Shown piece after piece: positions 32,471-38,909 of a stretch of 38,909 bases of DNA. The notes beneath the pieces were generated by a model. The model was not told the DNA's origin, ran no database searches, and saw nothing but the letters and a program-made list of their open reading frames with translations. The position numbers and the translations under genes were made by a program. The first letter of the stretch is position 1, and the number at the start of each line of letters is the position of its first letter. The stretch is from positions 1 to 38,909 of IMG/VR virus record IMGVR_UViG_3300038701_001143; one strand, 5' to 3'. This DNA comes from a virus.

Positions 32471-32792
32471 TGCCTGATTCTATCTTTCGCTTGCTTTCTC
32501 TTGCTAAATTAGTGTAGTTCTGCTCATCATCATAGTTGTCTTCGTGAAAAACACCTTTATTCACTGACCTTATTGCTTTCATCAAGACCATCATTTGTTG
32601 CGCTACATCTGCCGGAATGTCTGGGATGTGAATATTGAAATGCTGTGATAGTATAGCCCCCCAGGATCGCCCTATATTATTCCAGTTTGGCAGTGGGTCG
32701 CCATAGGTTTTTTGTCTATCTGCCAAAATCTCCTCTGGAGTCTTAATTTGATTGGCATTATAGGCCCCCTCTATATCATCATATTTACTCAT
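32439..32792 (-). CDS. DUF6378-type (MazG-like all-alpha NTP-pyrophosphohydrolase-related) protein
   Basis: ILADRQKTYGDPLPNWNNIGRSWGAIL...IPADVAQQMMVLMKAIRSVNKGVFHEDNYDDEQNYTNLA fits the R...YG...N...iA..w...dv...m..K..R....H.D...D pattern. I prefer the ATG at 32792; the track start is 32855. Confidence 0.45.
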   Translation of the reverse strand: MSKYDDIEGAYNANQIKTPEEILADRQKTYGDPLPNWNNIGRSWGAILSQHFNIHIPDIPADVAQQMMVLMKAIRSVNKGVFHEDNYDDEQNYTNLARESKRKIESGNAFNDFQQQG

Positions 32793-32808
32793 TAAATCCC
32801 CTAAAATG

Positions 32809-32955
32809 TTATTTCCAAAACTGCCACCATTTCTTTTTGGTAGCTTTCGATTCAAGTTTGTTCAATCTCAAGTCACGGCGACACATTGGGCAACCATGCT
32901 TCAAGTCAAATATTATGTCATGTCTTTCGCAGTATTTTTGCCTGTACGGATTCAT
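32809..32955 (-). CDS. Small Zn-binding protein (48 aa)
   Basis: MNPYRQKYCERHDIIFDLKHGCPMCRRD.... The ATG at 32955 forms an ATGA overlap with the upstream 54-aa ORF. The track start is 33018. Confidence 0.45.
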   Translation of the reverse strand: MNPYRQKYCERHDIIFDLKHGCPMCRRDLRLNKLESKATKKKWWQFWK

Positions 32956-33116
32956 CTTTGTTCCGTTATCTTTATAGTCGTGACGCTTTCCTCTTCCTGC
33001 ATATCCTGACCAACCCAAGTCAAATGAGTTTCAATACTTACTTTGACTGGATCGCCATTATTCAACTGATTAATGACATTTAAAAGAATCTCAATCGTGT
33101 CTTCTTGTTTACTCAT
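32952..33116 (-). CDS. Hypothetical acidic protein (54 aa)
   Basis: Below the track cutoff. GGAGAG lies 3 nt before the ATG at 33116. MSKQEDTIEILLNVINQLNNGDPVKVSIETHLTWVGQDMQEEESVTTIKITEQR. Confidence 0.5.
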   Translation of the reverse strand: MSKQEDTIEILLNVINQLNNGDPVKVSIETHLTWVGQDMQEEESVTTIKITEQR

Positions 33117-33139
33117 AATCTCTCCAAATTATAAAAACA

Positions 33140-33198
33140 GGGGCGCTAGATCGCTAAAAGTGCAATTTGCATAGTTCGATTGTGGTCGATCGCGCCCC
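33140..33198 (-). promoter_or_regulatory. Long-range hairpin followed by a T-tract in the leader of the 33116 operon (attenuator or terminator-like)
   Basis: Minus strand reads GGGGCGCGATCG...(31 nt, containing the TGCAAATTGCA palindrome)...CGATCTAGCGCCCC followed by TGTTTTTAT. Confidence 0.35.
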
Positions 33199-33233
33199 AT
33201 CCCTTGAGTATAATGCCAACGCCAACTTTGCCA

Positions 33234-33267
33234 CATAAAAAAAGGGATCTAACCGAAGCTAGACCCC
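33234..33267 (-). terminator. Strong intrinsic terminator (10-bp stem, UUCG tetraloop, T7 tract)
   Basis: Minus strand reads GGGGTCTAGC-TTCG-GTTAGATCCC followed by TTTTTTTAT. Confidence 0.75.
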
Positions 33268-33480
33268 CTAGGAGAGATAACTTAATCATTATACTCGTTA
33301 AACAATTATGCAAAACACTGAGCGGCAAAGGCTCCAACAAATTTGTTTCTTGTCGTGCATTCTCAGCAAATGCGATTGCCTTTGGTACTAGAGTGTTGCC
33401 GTCCACACCTTAAGCATGTTCGCTTTTTATACTTCTCGAAAGGTGTTACTAAACTAAAAAAATACTCCTCATCCATCGTG

Positions 33481-33963
33481 TTATCTCCTAAAATGAATTT
33501 TATAATCCCCGCTACCGTGCTCAATTTCAATACAAACCTCGGTCGCGTTGGTATCTCGTTTTGATATATTCTTAATAAATTCTTTAAATTGATCGCCTGT
33601 AAACTTAATGTAGGCTTTTCTATTTCTTGTCTTGTAGTCCTCTAATTCTTTCCTCATCACTTCAATTTCGCCTATCTTCTGGTTTCTCTTGAATGTTTGA
33701 TCAATCCGTCTCTTAAGCTTCTCTGCATCGCTCAAGGGCTCCACCATATCCCGAAACTTATTCTTTGCCTCTTCAAATTCCTTTGAGTCTGGATCATTAT
33801 AAATCAAGCCCATGCAGGTGCGCCCAAGTGTTGCGCACTCCGCATTCAATCCCTTGACCCAATCATTGAAGTGGCCCATGACGTAAGCGACGGCTTTATC
33901 CTTATCGATATAACCATGCCCAAACTCTTCAAGGGCCAACTCTACATGGTGTTTAATCTTCAA
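33481..33963 (-). CDS. Hypothetical protein
   Basis: 160-aa ORF whose first codon is TTG (track). The next in-frame ATG is at codon 29. Confidence 0.5.
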   Translation of the reverse strand: MKIKHHVELALEEFGHGYIDKDKAVAYVMGHFNDWVKGLNAECATLGRTCMGLIYNDPDSKEFEEAKNKFRDMVEPLSDAEKLKRRIDQTFKRNQKIGEIEVMRKELEDYKTRNRKAYIKFTGDQFKEFIKNISKRDTNATEVCIEIEHGSGDYKIHFRR

Positions 33964-34081
33964 CGGGCTCCGGCTCTTTTTTATTTTTAGGCTTTGGCAT
34001 CAAGCTTTCAATCGCTTCAGCGGCTAACCTGTGGAGCTTGTCGCCGTTTTTTAACTGTGGTAGTAATTTTTCTATTTGCAT
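33953..34081 (-). CDS. Hypothetical small protein (42 aa)
   Basis: Below the track cutoff. GAGGA lies 5 nt before the ATG at 34081. MQIEKLLPQLKNGDKLHRLAAEAIESLMPKPKNKKEPEPVED. Confidence 0.45.
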   Translation of the reverse strand: MQIEKLLPQLKNGDKLHRLAAEAIESLMPKPKNKKEPEPVED

Positions 34082-34089
34082 TTTATTCC

Positions 34090-34473
34090 TCAGAATGGCA
34101 TTGAATCTTGATCGTCATTATCTGTAGGCGTAGCTCTCTGGCTAGTTTCTGGCGCAGCTTCACTATTCCCGCCCCTCACAAACTCAATCTCACTCACGCG
34201 AACATCTGGACTGATTTGCTCAACTCCGTCTTTGTTTGTGAACTTCTTCAAAGACAACTGACCTATAACAAAAATCTGTTGCCCTTTCTTTAAATGGTCG
34301 CTCAAGCTCTGCGCTCTCTTGCCCCACATCGTACACCTAAACCAGTTTGTAACCTGTCGGTCTCCAAACCCTACATTATTGGCACAATTAAACTCTAACA
34401 CAGAGTTTTCTCCTACCTGTTTTAATTCTGGGTCTCTTACGATATTACCCAGAAAGTTTATTGAATTGCTCAT
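34090..34473 (-). CDS. ssb: Single-stranded DNA-binding protein
   Basis: OB-fold pattern INFLGNIVRDPELKQVGENSVLEFNCANN...WFRCTMWGKRAQSL...GQQIFVIGQL and the acidic tail DNDDQDSMPF. Confidence 0.9.
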   Translation of the reverse strand: MSNSINFLGNIVRDPELKQVGENSVLEFNCANNVGFGDRQVTNWFRCTMWGKRAQSLSDHLKKGQQIFVIGQLSLKKFTNKDGVEQISPDVRVSEIEFVRGGNSEAAPETSQRATPTDNDDQDSMPF

Positions 34474-34475
34474 TT

Positions 34476-34667
34476 TTAGCCTCTCCTGTTAAAAGCTTTT
34501 ACTGCTAAACCCGATTTCCTTAAACTCGTCTTTTCATGCCGTGGTTCTTCTCGAAGCTGATCGGGTCGCAGCTCAGAAGATGGGAATAGTCTCGCTATCC
34601 AGACAAGCCCCAATGGCGTATGAATAAATTTACCTGCCTCGTTTGGCTTGATTAATATTTGCTTCAT
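34476..34667 (-). CDS. Hypothetical protein
   Basis: 63-aa ORF coupled on both sides. Confidence 0.4.
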   Translation of the reverse strand: MKQILIKPNEAGKFIHTPLGLVWIARLFPSSELRPDQLREEPRHEKTSLRKSGLAVKAFNRRG

Positions 34668-34843
34668 TTTTCAAATTCCTCCACAAACTCAAGTGCACCC
34701 TTTGGGTTATAACCACAAGCGCGAATAAACCTCTCAACAACCTCGAGAACATCATCGAGGTTTTGATGGTTTGAGTCTAGCTCAACAAACTCTTTTATCT
34801 TGTCGTCATCGTATTCATACATAAATTTAAACTTGCTACTCAT
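34664..34843 (-). CDS. Hypothetical acidic protein (59 aa)
   Basis: One codon below the track cutoff. ATGA overlaps at both ends. MSSKFKFMYEYDDDKIKEFVELDSNHQNLDDVLEVVERFIRACGYNPKGALEFVEEFEK. Confidence 0.5.
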   Translation of the reverse strand: MSSKFKFMYEYDDDKIKEFVELDSNHQNLDDVLEVVERFIRACGYNPKGALEFVEEFEK

Positions 34844-35202
34844 TTTGAACCCATCCTATTTAAGTGTTTTTTCCATGCCTTCGTTGCCCCTTTCCATTGC
34901 GACAACTCTTTTCCTAAGAATTTCAAGCTTTGCTCAAGTCGGTTCAGCCTGTTGCCTTTGCCCGTTATCTTTGAAAGCTTTGTCTCTGCGGCGTGTGCGT
35001 CTTGTTTATATCCTTCTAGTTCTTTTTCTAAAGACTTTATTTTATTATCCCTGATGTAAAGCAAGTCATCACTCCTAAGCAAATCATCTTTAAGACGTTT
35101 GATCTCATCATGCCTACGACACATCTTATCGAGGTGCATAGCCTCAAGGTCAAGGTAGTCTTTTAGCGGCACTAGATCAAGCCGACTAAGTAGTTTTCTC
35201 AT
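34840..35202 (-). CDS. Coiled-coil protein
   Basis: 120-aa ORF with an AGGAGA SD. Confidence 0.55.
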   Translation of the reverse strand: MRKLLSRLDLVPLKDYLDLEAMHLDKMCRRHDEIKRLKDDLLRSDDLLYIRDNKIKSLEKELEGYKQDAHAAETKLSKITGKGNRLNRLEQSLKFLGKELSQWKGATKAWKKHLNRMGSK

Positions 35203-35270
35203 TGTGTTCTCTCCTGTTTTTGTTGATTATTATGGGCGCTTTGTGTGCGCAAGTGTTTTTTTGCTTTGAT

Positions 35271-35516
35271 TTACTCATCCCTCGTCACCTTCCTTTCAAT
35301 ATCATCAAGATAATGCTGCAATACAATTCCACCACCTCGATAGTTATAGTTTCTAGCCATGTCAAATAGGTCTTTAAACTTTTCCTTCAGCTCTGCGATC
35401 TCTTTCTTTAAATCAACTTTTTCACCAAACTGATTCTCAACTTTCTTCATCGCTACGTCATACCCTTTATACCACGCATTGCATCTTGGGTCACTTGTGT
35501 CGTATGGGTTACTCAT
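35271..35516 (-). CDS. Coiled-coil paralog D (shares its N-terminal 46 aa with paralog B)
   Basis: MSNPYDTSDPRCNAWYKGYDVAMKKVENQFGEKVDLKKEIAELKEK.... Starts and ends in a junction cassette. Confidence 0.6.
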   Translation of the reverse strand: MSNPYDTSDPRCNAWYKGYDVAMKKVENQFGEKVDLKKEIAELKEKFKDLFDMARNYNYRGGGIVLQHYLDDIERKVTRDE

Positions 35517-35527
35517 CCCTCGTCACC
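35380..35527. repeat. 148-bp direct repeat, copy 1 (4 mismatches to 36191..36338)
   Basis: Aligned by eye: differences only at gcgAtCtc/gcgTtTtc, accaCgc/accaAgc and gcaTctt/gcaCctt. Confidence 0.9.
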
Positions 35528-36010
35528 TCTAAATCTCAAACCAACTCTAGCGTTTCGCTCTTGCTCCATATTCTCCTTGAACTTCTCAAAAGAAATTTTA
35601 TCTCTATAAGACCTTGGTCTCATAATGTAGTTTCGTTTATAAATCCATTCAAGTTTATTCTTCAGCTCTGCGTTTTCTTCCTGCAAAGCGTTTCTTTCCC
35701 TGACTGCTCTTCCATTTCTAAGAATTAAATCTACATCTTTTCCGATCAAACAAGATGCTTTGGCTACTTCATCAGACTCATCACGCCATTTATTAAACGC
35801 ATCTCTTTGAATTTGGGCTGGTGCGCAATTATTAACGGTTGCAAACCATGAAAACATTAGGTCTATAACGTTCTCAAGCTCATTTTCCCTAAAATCATAC
35901 TCTTCTTTAGCATACCTTACTTGACCCTCCAAGGCTTTGACCTCTTTTTCTAGCTCATGGACTCTGTCGGTTGGTTGCATTGTTAATCTAACTCCGTTTG
36001 GTTCACTCAT
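35513..36010 (-). CDS. Coiled-coil paralog C
   Basis: 165 aa. Contains QEENAELKNK and ends ...RGDEG in a junction cassette. Confidence 0.6.
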   Translation of the reverse strand: MSEPNGVRLTMQPTDRVHELEKEVKALEGQVRYAKEEYDFRENELENVIDLMFSWFATVNNCAPAQIQRDAFNKWRDESDEVAKASCLIGKDVDLILRNGRAVRERNALQEENAELKNKLEWIYKRNYIMRPRSYRDKISFEKFKENMEQERNARVGLRFRGDEG

Positions 36011-36327
36011 CCCTCGTCACCTCCATTACTCTCCATTTCATCCATGATATTTTTAGTTCTAAACCCATAATCTAAAGCCTCAAAGATTCGATGCTTATAA
36101 ACTTGATCTATCTCACCATTTGAATCACGTTCGACCATAGTAGGTCTGGCATGAAGTAAAATAAAGCATTGCTCTTTTAACCAGTCTTCCTTTTCCTTCA
36201 GCTCTGCGTTTTCTTTCTTTAAATCAACTTTTTCACCAAACTGATTCTCAACTTTCTTCATCGCTACGTCATACCCTTTATACCAAGCATTGCACCTTGG
36301 GTCACTTGTGTCGTATGGGTTACTCAT
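36007..36327 (-). CDS. Coiled-coil paralog B
   Basis: 106 aa. N-terminus nearly identical to paralog D, then diverges after KKENAELKEK. Confidence 0.6.
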   Translation of the reverse strand: MSNPYDTSDPRCNAWYKGYDVAMKKVENQFGEKVDLKKENAELKEKEDWLKEQCFILLHARPTMVERDSNGEIDQVYKHRIFEALDYGFRTKNIMDEMESNGGDEG

Positions 36328-36338
36328 CCCTCGTCACC
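36191..36338. repeat. 148-bp direct repeat, copy 2
   Basis: See copy 1 at 35380..35527. Confidence 0.9.
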
Positions 36339-36586
36339 CTCCATTTATTTCTAAAGTCAATAATAACCTGTGCAACATTCATCATCCCTTCGAAAGTTTT
36401 ATCTTCTTTAAGAATCTTTTCTACTTCTTTTAGAACTTCTTTCAGCTCTGCGTTTTCTTTTTCTAGTTCTAAAAACTGAATCATCAAAGAATTGTTCTGT
36501 TCCTCAGTGATAACAACATGACGCTGTTGAATCGCATTAGACTCCAACTCAGCTCTAAGACTATTTAAATCTTCTCTTAAACTCAT
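36320..36586 (-). CDS. Coiled-coil paralog A
   Basis: 88 aa. Contains EKENAELKEV and ends ...VTRDE in a junction cassette. Confidence 0.6.
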   Translation of the reverse strand: MSLREDLNSLRAELESNAIQQRHVVITEEQNNSLMIQFLELEKENAELKEVLKEVEKILKEDKTFEGMMNVAQVIIDFRNKWRVTRDE

Positions 36587-37020
36587 TCCCCACCCTCCAA
36601 GTCATAACATGCCGAACCATCTCGCTGTTCCCATTCGTCAGCTAGTTGTTGCCATCCTATTAGTGTATTAGGTGCATTATCTGGAACTTCCAAACCTTCT
36701 GAATATATAGCAGAGACACTATAACAAACACCTTCAACCCATTCAGACTGTCTTATCTCAAGATTCGACGGGCAACTAACAGCATCCCACAACTTGCGCT
36801 TTGGTTTGGGTTTTAGGCGGCAGAATTGAAATGGCATTCCACCTGAATGGTAAAATAATATCCCGCCTTCTTTAACCCTAATTCCGCTAATAGGTCCGGG
36901 AGTTTCTGTGCATCTACTACTGTCTCCAAAGCGACACTCTTCCCCAATATGCTCAGCCAGAAAAGCAGCCGCTTCTTTTGGTGGTGTGTCGGGTCCGTAG
37001 GTTTTATTTTCCATTTTCAA
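36583..37020 (-). CDS. Hypothetical protein
   Basis: 145-aa ORF. Its end (EGGE, ATGA overlap) is a diverged junction cassette. Confidence 0.55.
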   Translation of the reverse strand: MKMENKTYGPDTPPKEAAAFLAEHIGEECRFGDSSRCTETPGPISGIRVKEGGILFYHSGGMPFQFCRLKPKPKRKLWDAVSCPSNLEIRQSEWVEGVCYSVSAIYSEGLEVPDNAPNTLIGWQQLADEWEQRDGSACYDLEGGE

Positions 37021-37204
37021 TCACCTCATATTCAAGTCCATACTCGTCACAGAATCGTTTCGCTGCTCCTAGAGCACCGCGTGGGGTTTTGTAGTCTTTT
37101 GTGACTACACAATCTACTGCGTTTTCAAGGGGTCTCGACTTAAAGCATATTATTGCATATGACCCAAAGGGGCGCTCTTTAATTTTTATATTAACCTTCT
37201 TCAT
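37004..37204 (-). CDS. Hypothetical protein
   Basis: 66-aa ORF. GGAGAG SD 6 nt upstream of the ATG. Confidence 0.5.
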   Translation of the reverse strand: MKKVNIKIKERPFGSYAIICFKSRPLENAVDCVVTKDYKTPRGALGAAKRFCDEYGLEYEVIENGK

Positions 37205-37264
37205 TTTACTCTCTCCAAAGTTATCTCGTTTTTTATATTATCGTGCCCCTGCCACCTGCAAGGA

Positions 37265-37693
37265 TTAATATTGATAAAGTTTAGGTTTTTTTGCAGCAAA
37301 CGCTTTACTCTTCGCAACTGCCAAAGTCTCCTTGATTTGCCCCATACATTCCTTGATCTTATCATCACTCGCAAGCGGTGGACTGATGTTCTGTCGCTGC
37401 TTACAATCAAAGCTGAAGCCTTTAAAGCTAGCTCTGAGATGTGGGCACGATTGAAACTTCTTCACAAAGAGCGGGTCAGAGAATGCGATGGGTAAACCTA
37501 TCGGGATCGCACATAGGTCTGTACCCGTATTTGTGTACACTGAATTATCACCATTTCTTGGAAACATCTGTTTGCCGCCAAAATTGTACTCTTCCCACTC
37601 CTGAAGAATGCCTTGATTCAATGCGAATGTACCGGCGCTTTCTTTGCGTTTTTCTTCGTCGTCCTGTTCTTGCTTGTTCCAGTTTTTACTCAT
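37265..37693 (-). CDS. Hypothetical protein
   Basis: 142-aa ORF overlapping the upstream stop by 8 nt. Confidence 0.55.
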   Translation of the reverse strand: MSKNWNKQEQDDEEKRKESAGTFALNQGILQEWEEYNFGGKQMFPRNGDNSVYTNTGTDLCAIPIGLPIAFSDPLFVKKFQSCPHLRASFKGFSFDCKQRQNISPPLASDDKIKECMGQIKETLAVAKSKAFAAKKPKLYQY

Positions 37694-38198
37694 AAAGCGC
37701 AGCCCTCTCTTTTTTCTCTTGCGCTTCCTGCAAAGCCAAACGGCTCTGATTTTCTGGGGCTGTTAAAATGTTCTTTAAGTTCCTTCGCATAGCTGGCCTA
37801 AAAAAGCGCGAGAATTGCTCAGAATCCTCCCCCCAGTCATTTTCGAGCAATGTAGCGTCGAACGCTGCCTGCGTGCTCTCATCGTCAAATTTGGGCAGTT
37901 TACCTTGGCATTCGCGTAGCTTTGTATCAAACTCCCAGTAAGCATCATTCGCTTTTTGGTTTATTTCCATCTCGGTTAGCTCATCAGATTTCTTTAAATA
38001 CTTCAAAATGTCCGATGGTTGAATGCCGTAAGTCTCATCCTTTGCGCAAAGCTTGATTGCTTCTAGAACATCTTCAGAATCGTATTCAGAAAGCGTTCCC
38101 AAAAAAAGCTCAACCATGTCTGGATCAAACTCCTTTTTGGTTTTTATCTTGATTAAAGCCCTCAATTTTCTAGTTATTTCTTTTGCAATCTCGTTCAT
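37686..38198 (-). CDS. Hypothetical protein downstream of the replication organizer (possible replication accessory protein)
   Basis: 170-aa ORF with ATGA overlap to the replication gene. Function inferred from position only. Confidence 0.5.
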   Translation of the reverse strand: MNEIAKEITRKLRALIKIKTKKEFDPDMVELFLGTLSEYDSEDVLEAIKLCAKDETYGIQPSDILKYLKKSDELTEMEINQKANDAYWEFDTKLRECQGKLPKFDDESTQAAFDATLLENDWGEDSEQFSRFFRPAMRRNLKNILTAPENQSRLALQEAQEKKERAALYE

Positions 38199-38909
38199 GA
38201 TTCTAGCTCCTTAAATGTTTGTGTTGGTGTGTTATCTTCATGTGAATCCATAGCGTCAATCAGGTCATCCCATGCGTCACGCTTTGGCCCTGTTGGTTTA
38301 CTCGTCTGGTGAACAATGTCAACCGGCTTTGTTTTCTGCCAAGATTTGAGGTTTCCGATTGTACAAGCCTTATAAAACTGCAAGACAAATTGTTTATCGT
38401 CTGCGGTCTTGATGTGTTGCTCGTAGTAAAACCTTTTAATATCATCCATTGAAAAACCTGCCCGTCTAGCTGAGACGTATCGGCCTTGTGCGGTGTCGTG
38501 GTTTTTGTTGTGGGGGAATCCTGCAAGGTAATTCCAGAAGGTATCAAATTCAGCGTTTAGCTTTTTTGTTTCAGCAGCTTTTGCTGCGGCCTCCTCTCTC
38601 GACTTTGAATCGTCGTCAATTTCTTTTATACTTTTCTTTTCTTTATCTATATCTTTCTCTTTCTCTTTATCTAGGGAAACTTTCTTGTTAGTAACTTGCA
38701 AGTTATTTGTATGGTTATCCCTGAATTTCAGTAAGTTAGGTATTTCAATTCGACAGTTTTTTTCAGAAATATCGGCATGAAACAGCGAAAGTTTGACCAT
38801 AACTTGAGCAAACTTTGAGAATTTCTTTGGAGAAAGTTGGGCAAAACTTCCCCATTTCTTGAGAGAAAATTCAGCGAAACAGTCATTACTCGGCCCCATT
38901 TCATGGCCT
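38195..38909 (-). CDS. Replication organizer/initiator-like protein, C-terminal segment (continues from 240..128 across the junction)
   Basis: The frame is open to the window end. The track start at 38899 is an internal Met. KE-rich linker, then FDTFWNYLAGFPHNK...RAGFSMDDIKRFYYEQ. Confidence 0.6.
   Translation of the reverse strand, partial: GHEMGPSNDCFAEFSLKKWGSFAQLSPKKFSKFAQVMVKLSLFHADISEKNCRIEIPNLLKFRDNHTNNLQVTNKKVSLDKEKEKDIDKEKKSIKEIDDDSKSREEAAAKAAETKKLNAEFDTFWNYLAGFPHNKNHDTAQGRYVSARRAGFSMDDIKRFYYEQHIKTADDKQFVLQFYKACTIGNLKSWQKTKPVDIVHQTSKPTGPKRDAWDDLIDAMDSHEDNTPTQTFKELES
38783..38909. repeat. Terminal direct repeat, exact copy of 1..127
   Basis: Read directly; see the first feature. Confidence 0.95.

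Noticed and set aside
33140-33198. Possible tRNA (contains GTTCGAT)
   Set aside because: No cloverleaf can be drawn. It is a single long hairpin with a 31-nt loop. I saw no other tRNA-like T-arm in the window.
33343-33370. Third copy of the early-promoter motif (ATGCACGACAAGAA on the minus strand)
   Set aside because: It matches only the ATGCACGA half. There is a 1-nt deletion, a poor -10 (CAAGAA) and different spacing to the TTGCTG -35-like box.
33146-33406. 86-aa minus-strand ORF (also 33180..33413 and 33343..33564 on the plus strand)
   Set aside because: It runs straight through two stable terminator-type hairpins and has no SD. Its sequence is hydrophobic and junk-like. The region is better explained as structured non-coding DNA.
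37201-37410. 69-aa ORF overlapping 37265..37693
   Set aside because: It is in an alternative frame with an Arg-rich junk-like composition. The longer ORF is contiguous with its neighbours.
38641-38673. CTTTATCTA x2 as replication-origin iterons inside the replication gene
   Set aside because: Only two short copies, inside a low-complexity Lys/Glu-coding stretch (KEKEKDIDKEKK). That is insufficient to call an origin.

Overview
The window is a complete tailed-phage genome. Bases 1-127 are identical to 38783-38909, so the unique length is 38,782 bp. It is a siphovirus-type layout with an HK97-fold, GTA-like morphogenesis block. Almost all genes are on the minus strand and chained by ATGA/TAATG stop-start overlaps.

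In transcription order (descending coordinates, wrapping the junction):
- Divergent early promoters at about 2856-2964.
- Leftward early genes: RusA, a ParB-like nuclease, a DUF4373-type replication organizer that spans the contig junction, four small coiled-coil paralogs joined by a conserved linker cassette (35.3-36.6 kb), and SSB.
- A strong intrinsic terminator near 33.25 kb.
- A string of micro-genes (22-60 aa, several below the ORF-track cutoff, including a Lar-like Zn-ribbon), plus a DUF6378/MazG-like protein and a 457-aa metallophosphoesterase (33.1-29.8 kb).
- An SNF2-helicase/DNA-methyltransferase fusion and a DUF1937 protein, coupled directly to TerS/TerL (29.7-25.3 kb).
- A strictly alternating (X-Gly)40 Gly/Tyr/Ser/Asp repeat protein followed by tandem terminators (24.9-24.4 kb).
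- The morphogenesis block (24.3-5.1 kb): portal, MuF-like protein, an unknown 439-aa protein, prohead protease, major capsid, connectors, major tail protein, G/GT tail chaperone with an A_AAA_AAG -1 frameshift, tape measure, a free-standing NUMOD4-HNH-AP2 endonuclease, distal tail and hub proteins, BspA-LRR and LamG fibre-like proteins, and a putative 3-TM holin.

A short rightward operon (2993-5011) encodes Erf and a YqaJ-like exonuclease. I saw no integrase, repressor, DNA polymerase, primase, tRNA, CRISPR array or recognisable endolysin.

All family names are recognised from motifs in the translations by memory. No database search was run.

The most unusual items are:
- the (X-Gly)40 protein;
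- the universal stop/SD/start junction cassette in the paralog array;
- the helicase-methyltransferase fusion co-expressed with the terminase.
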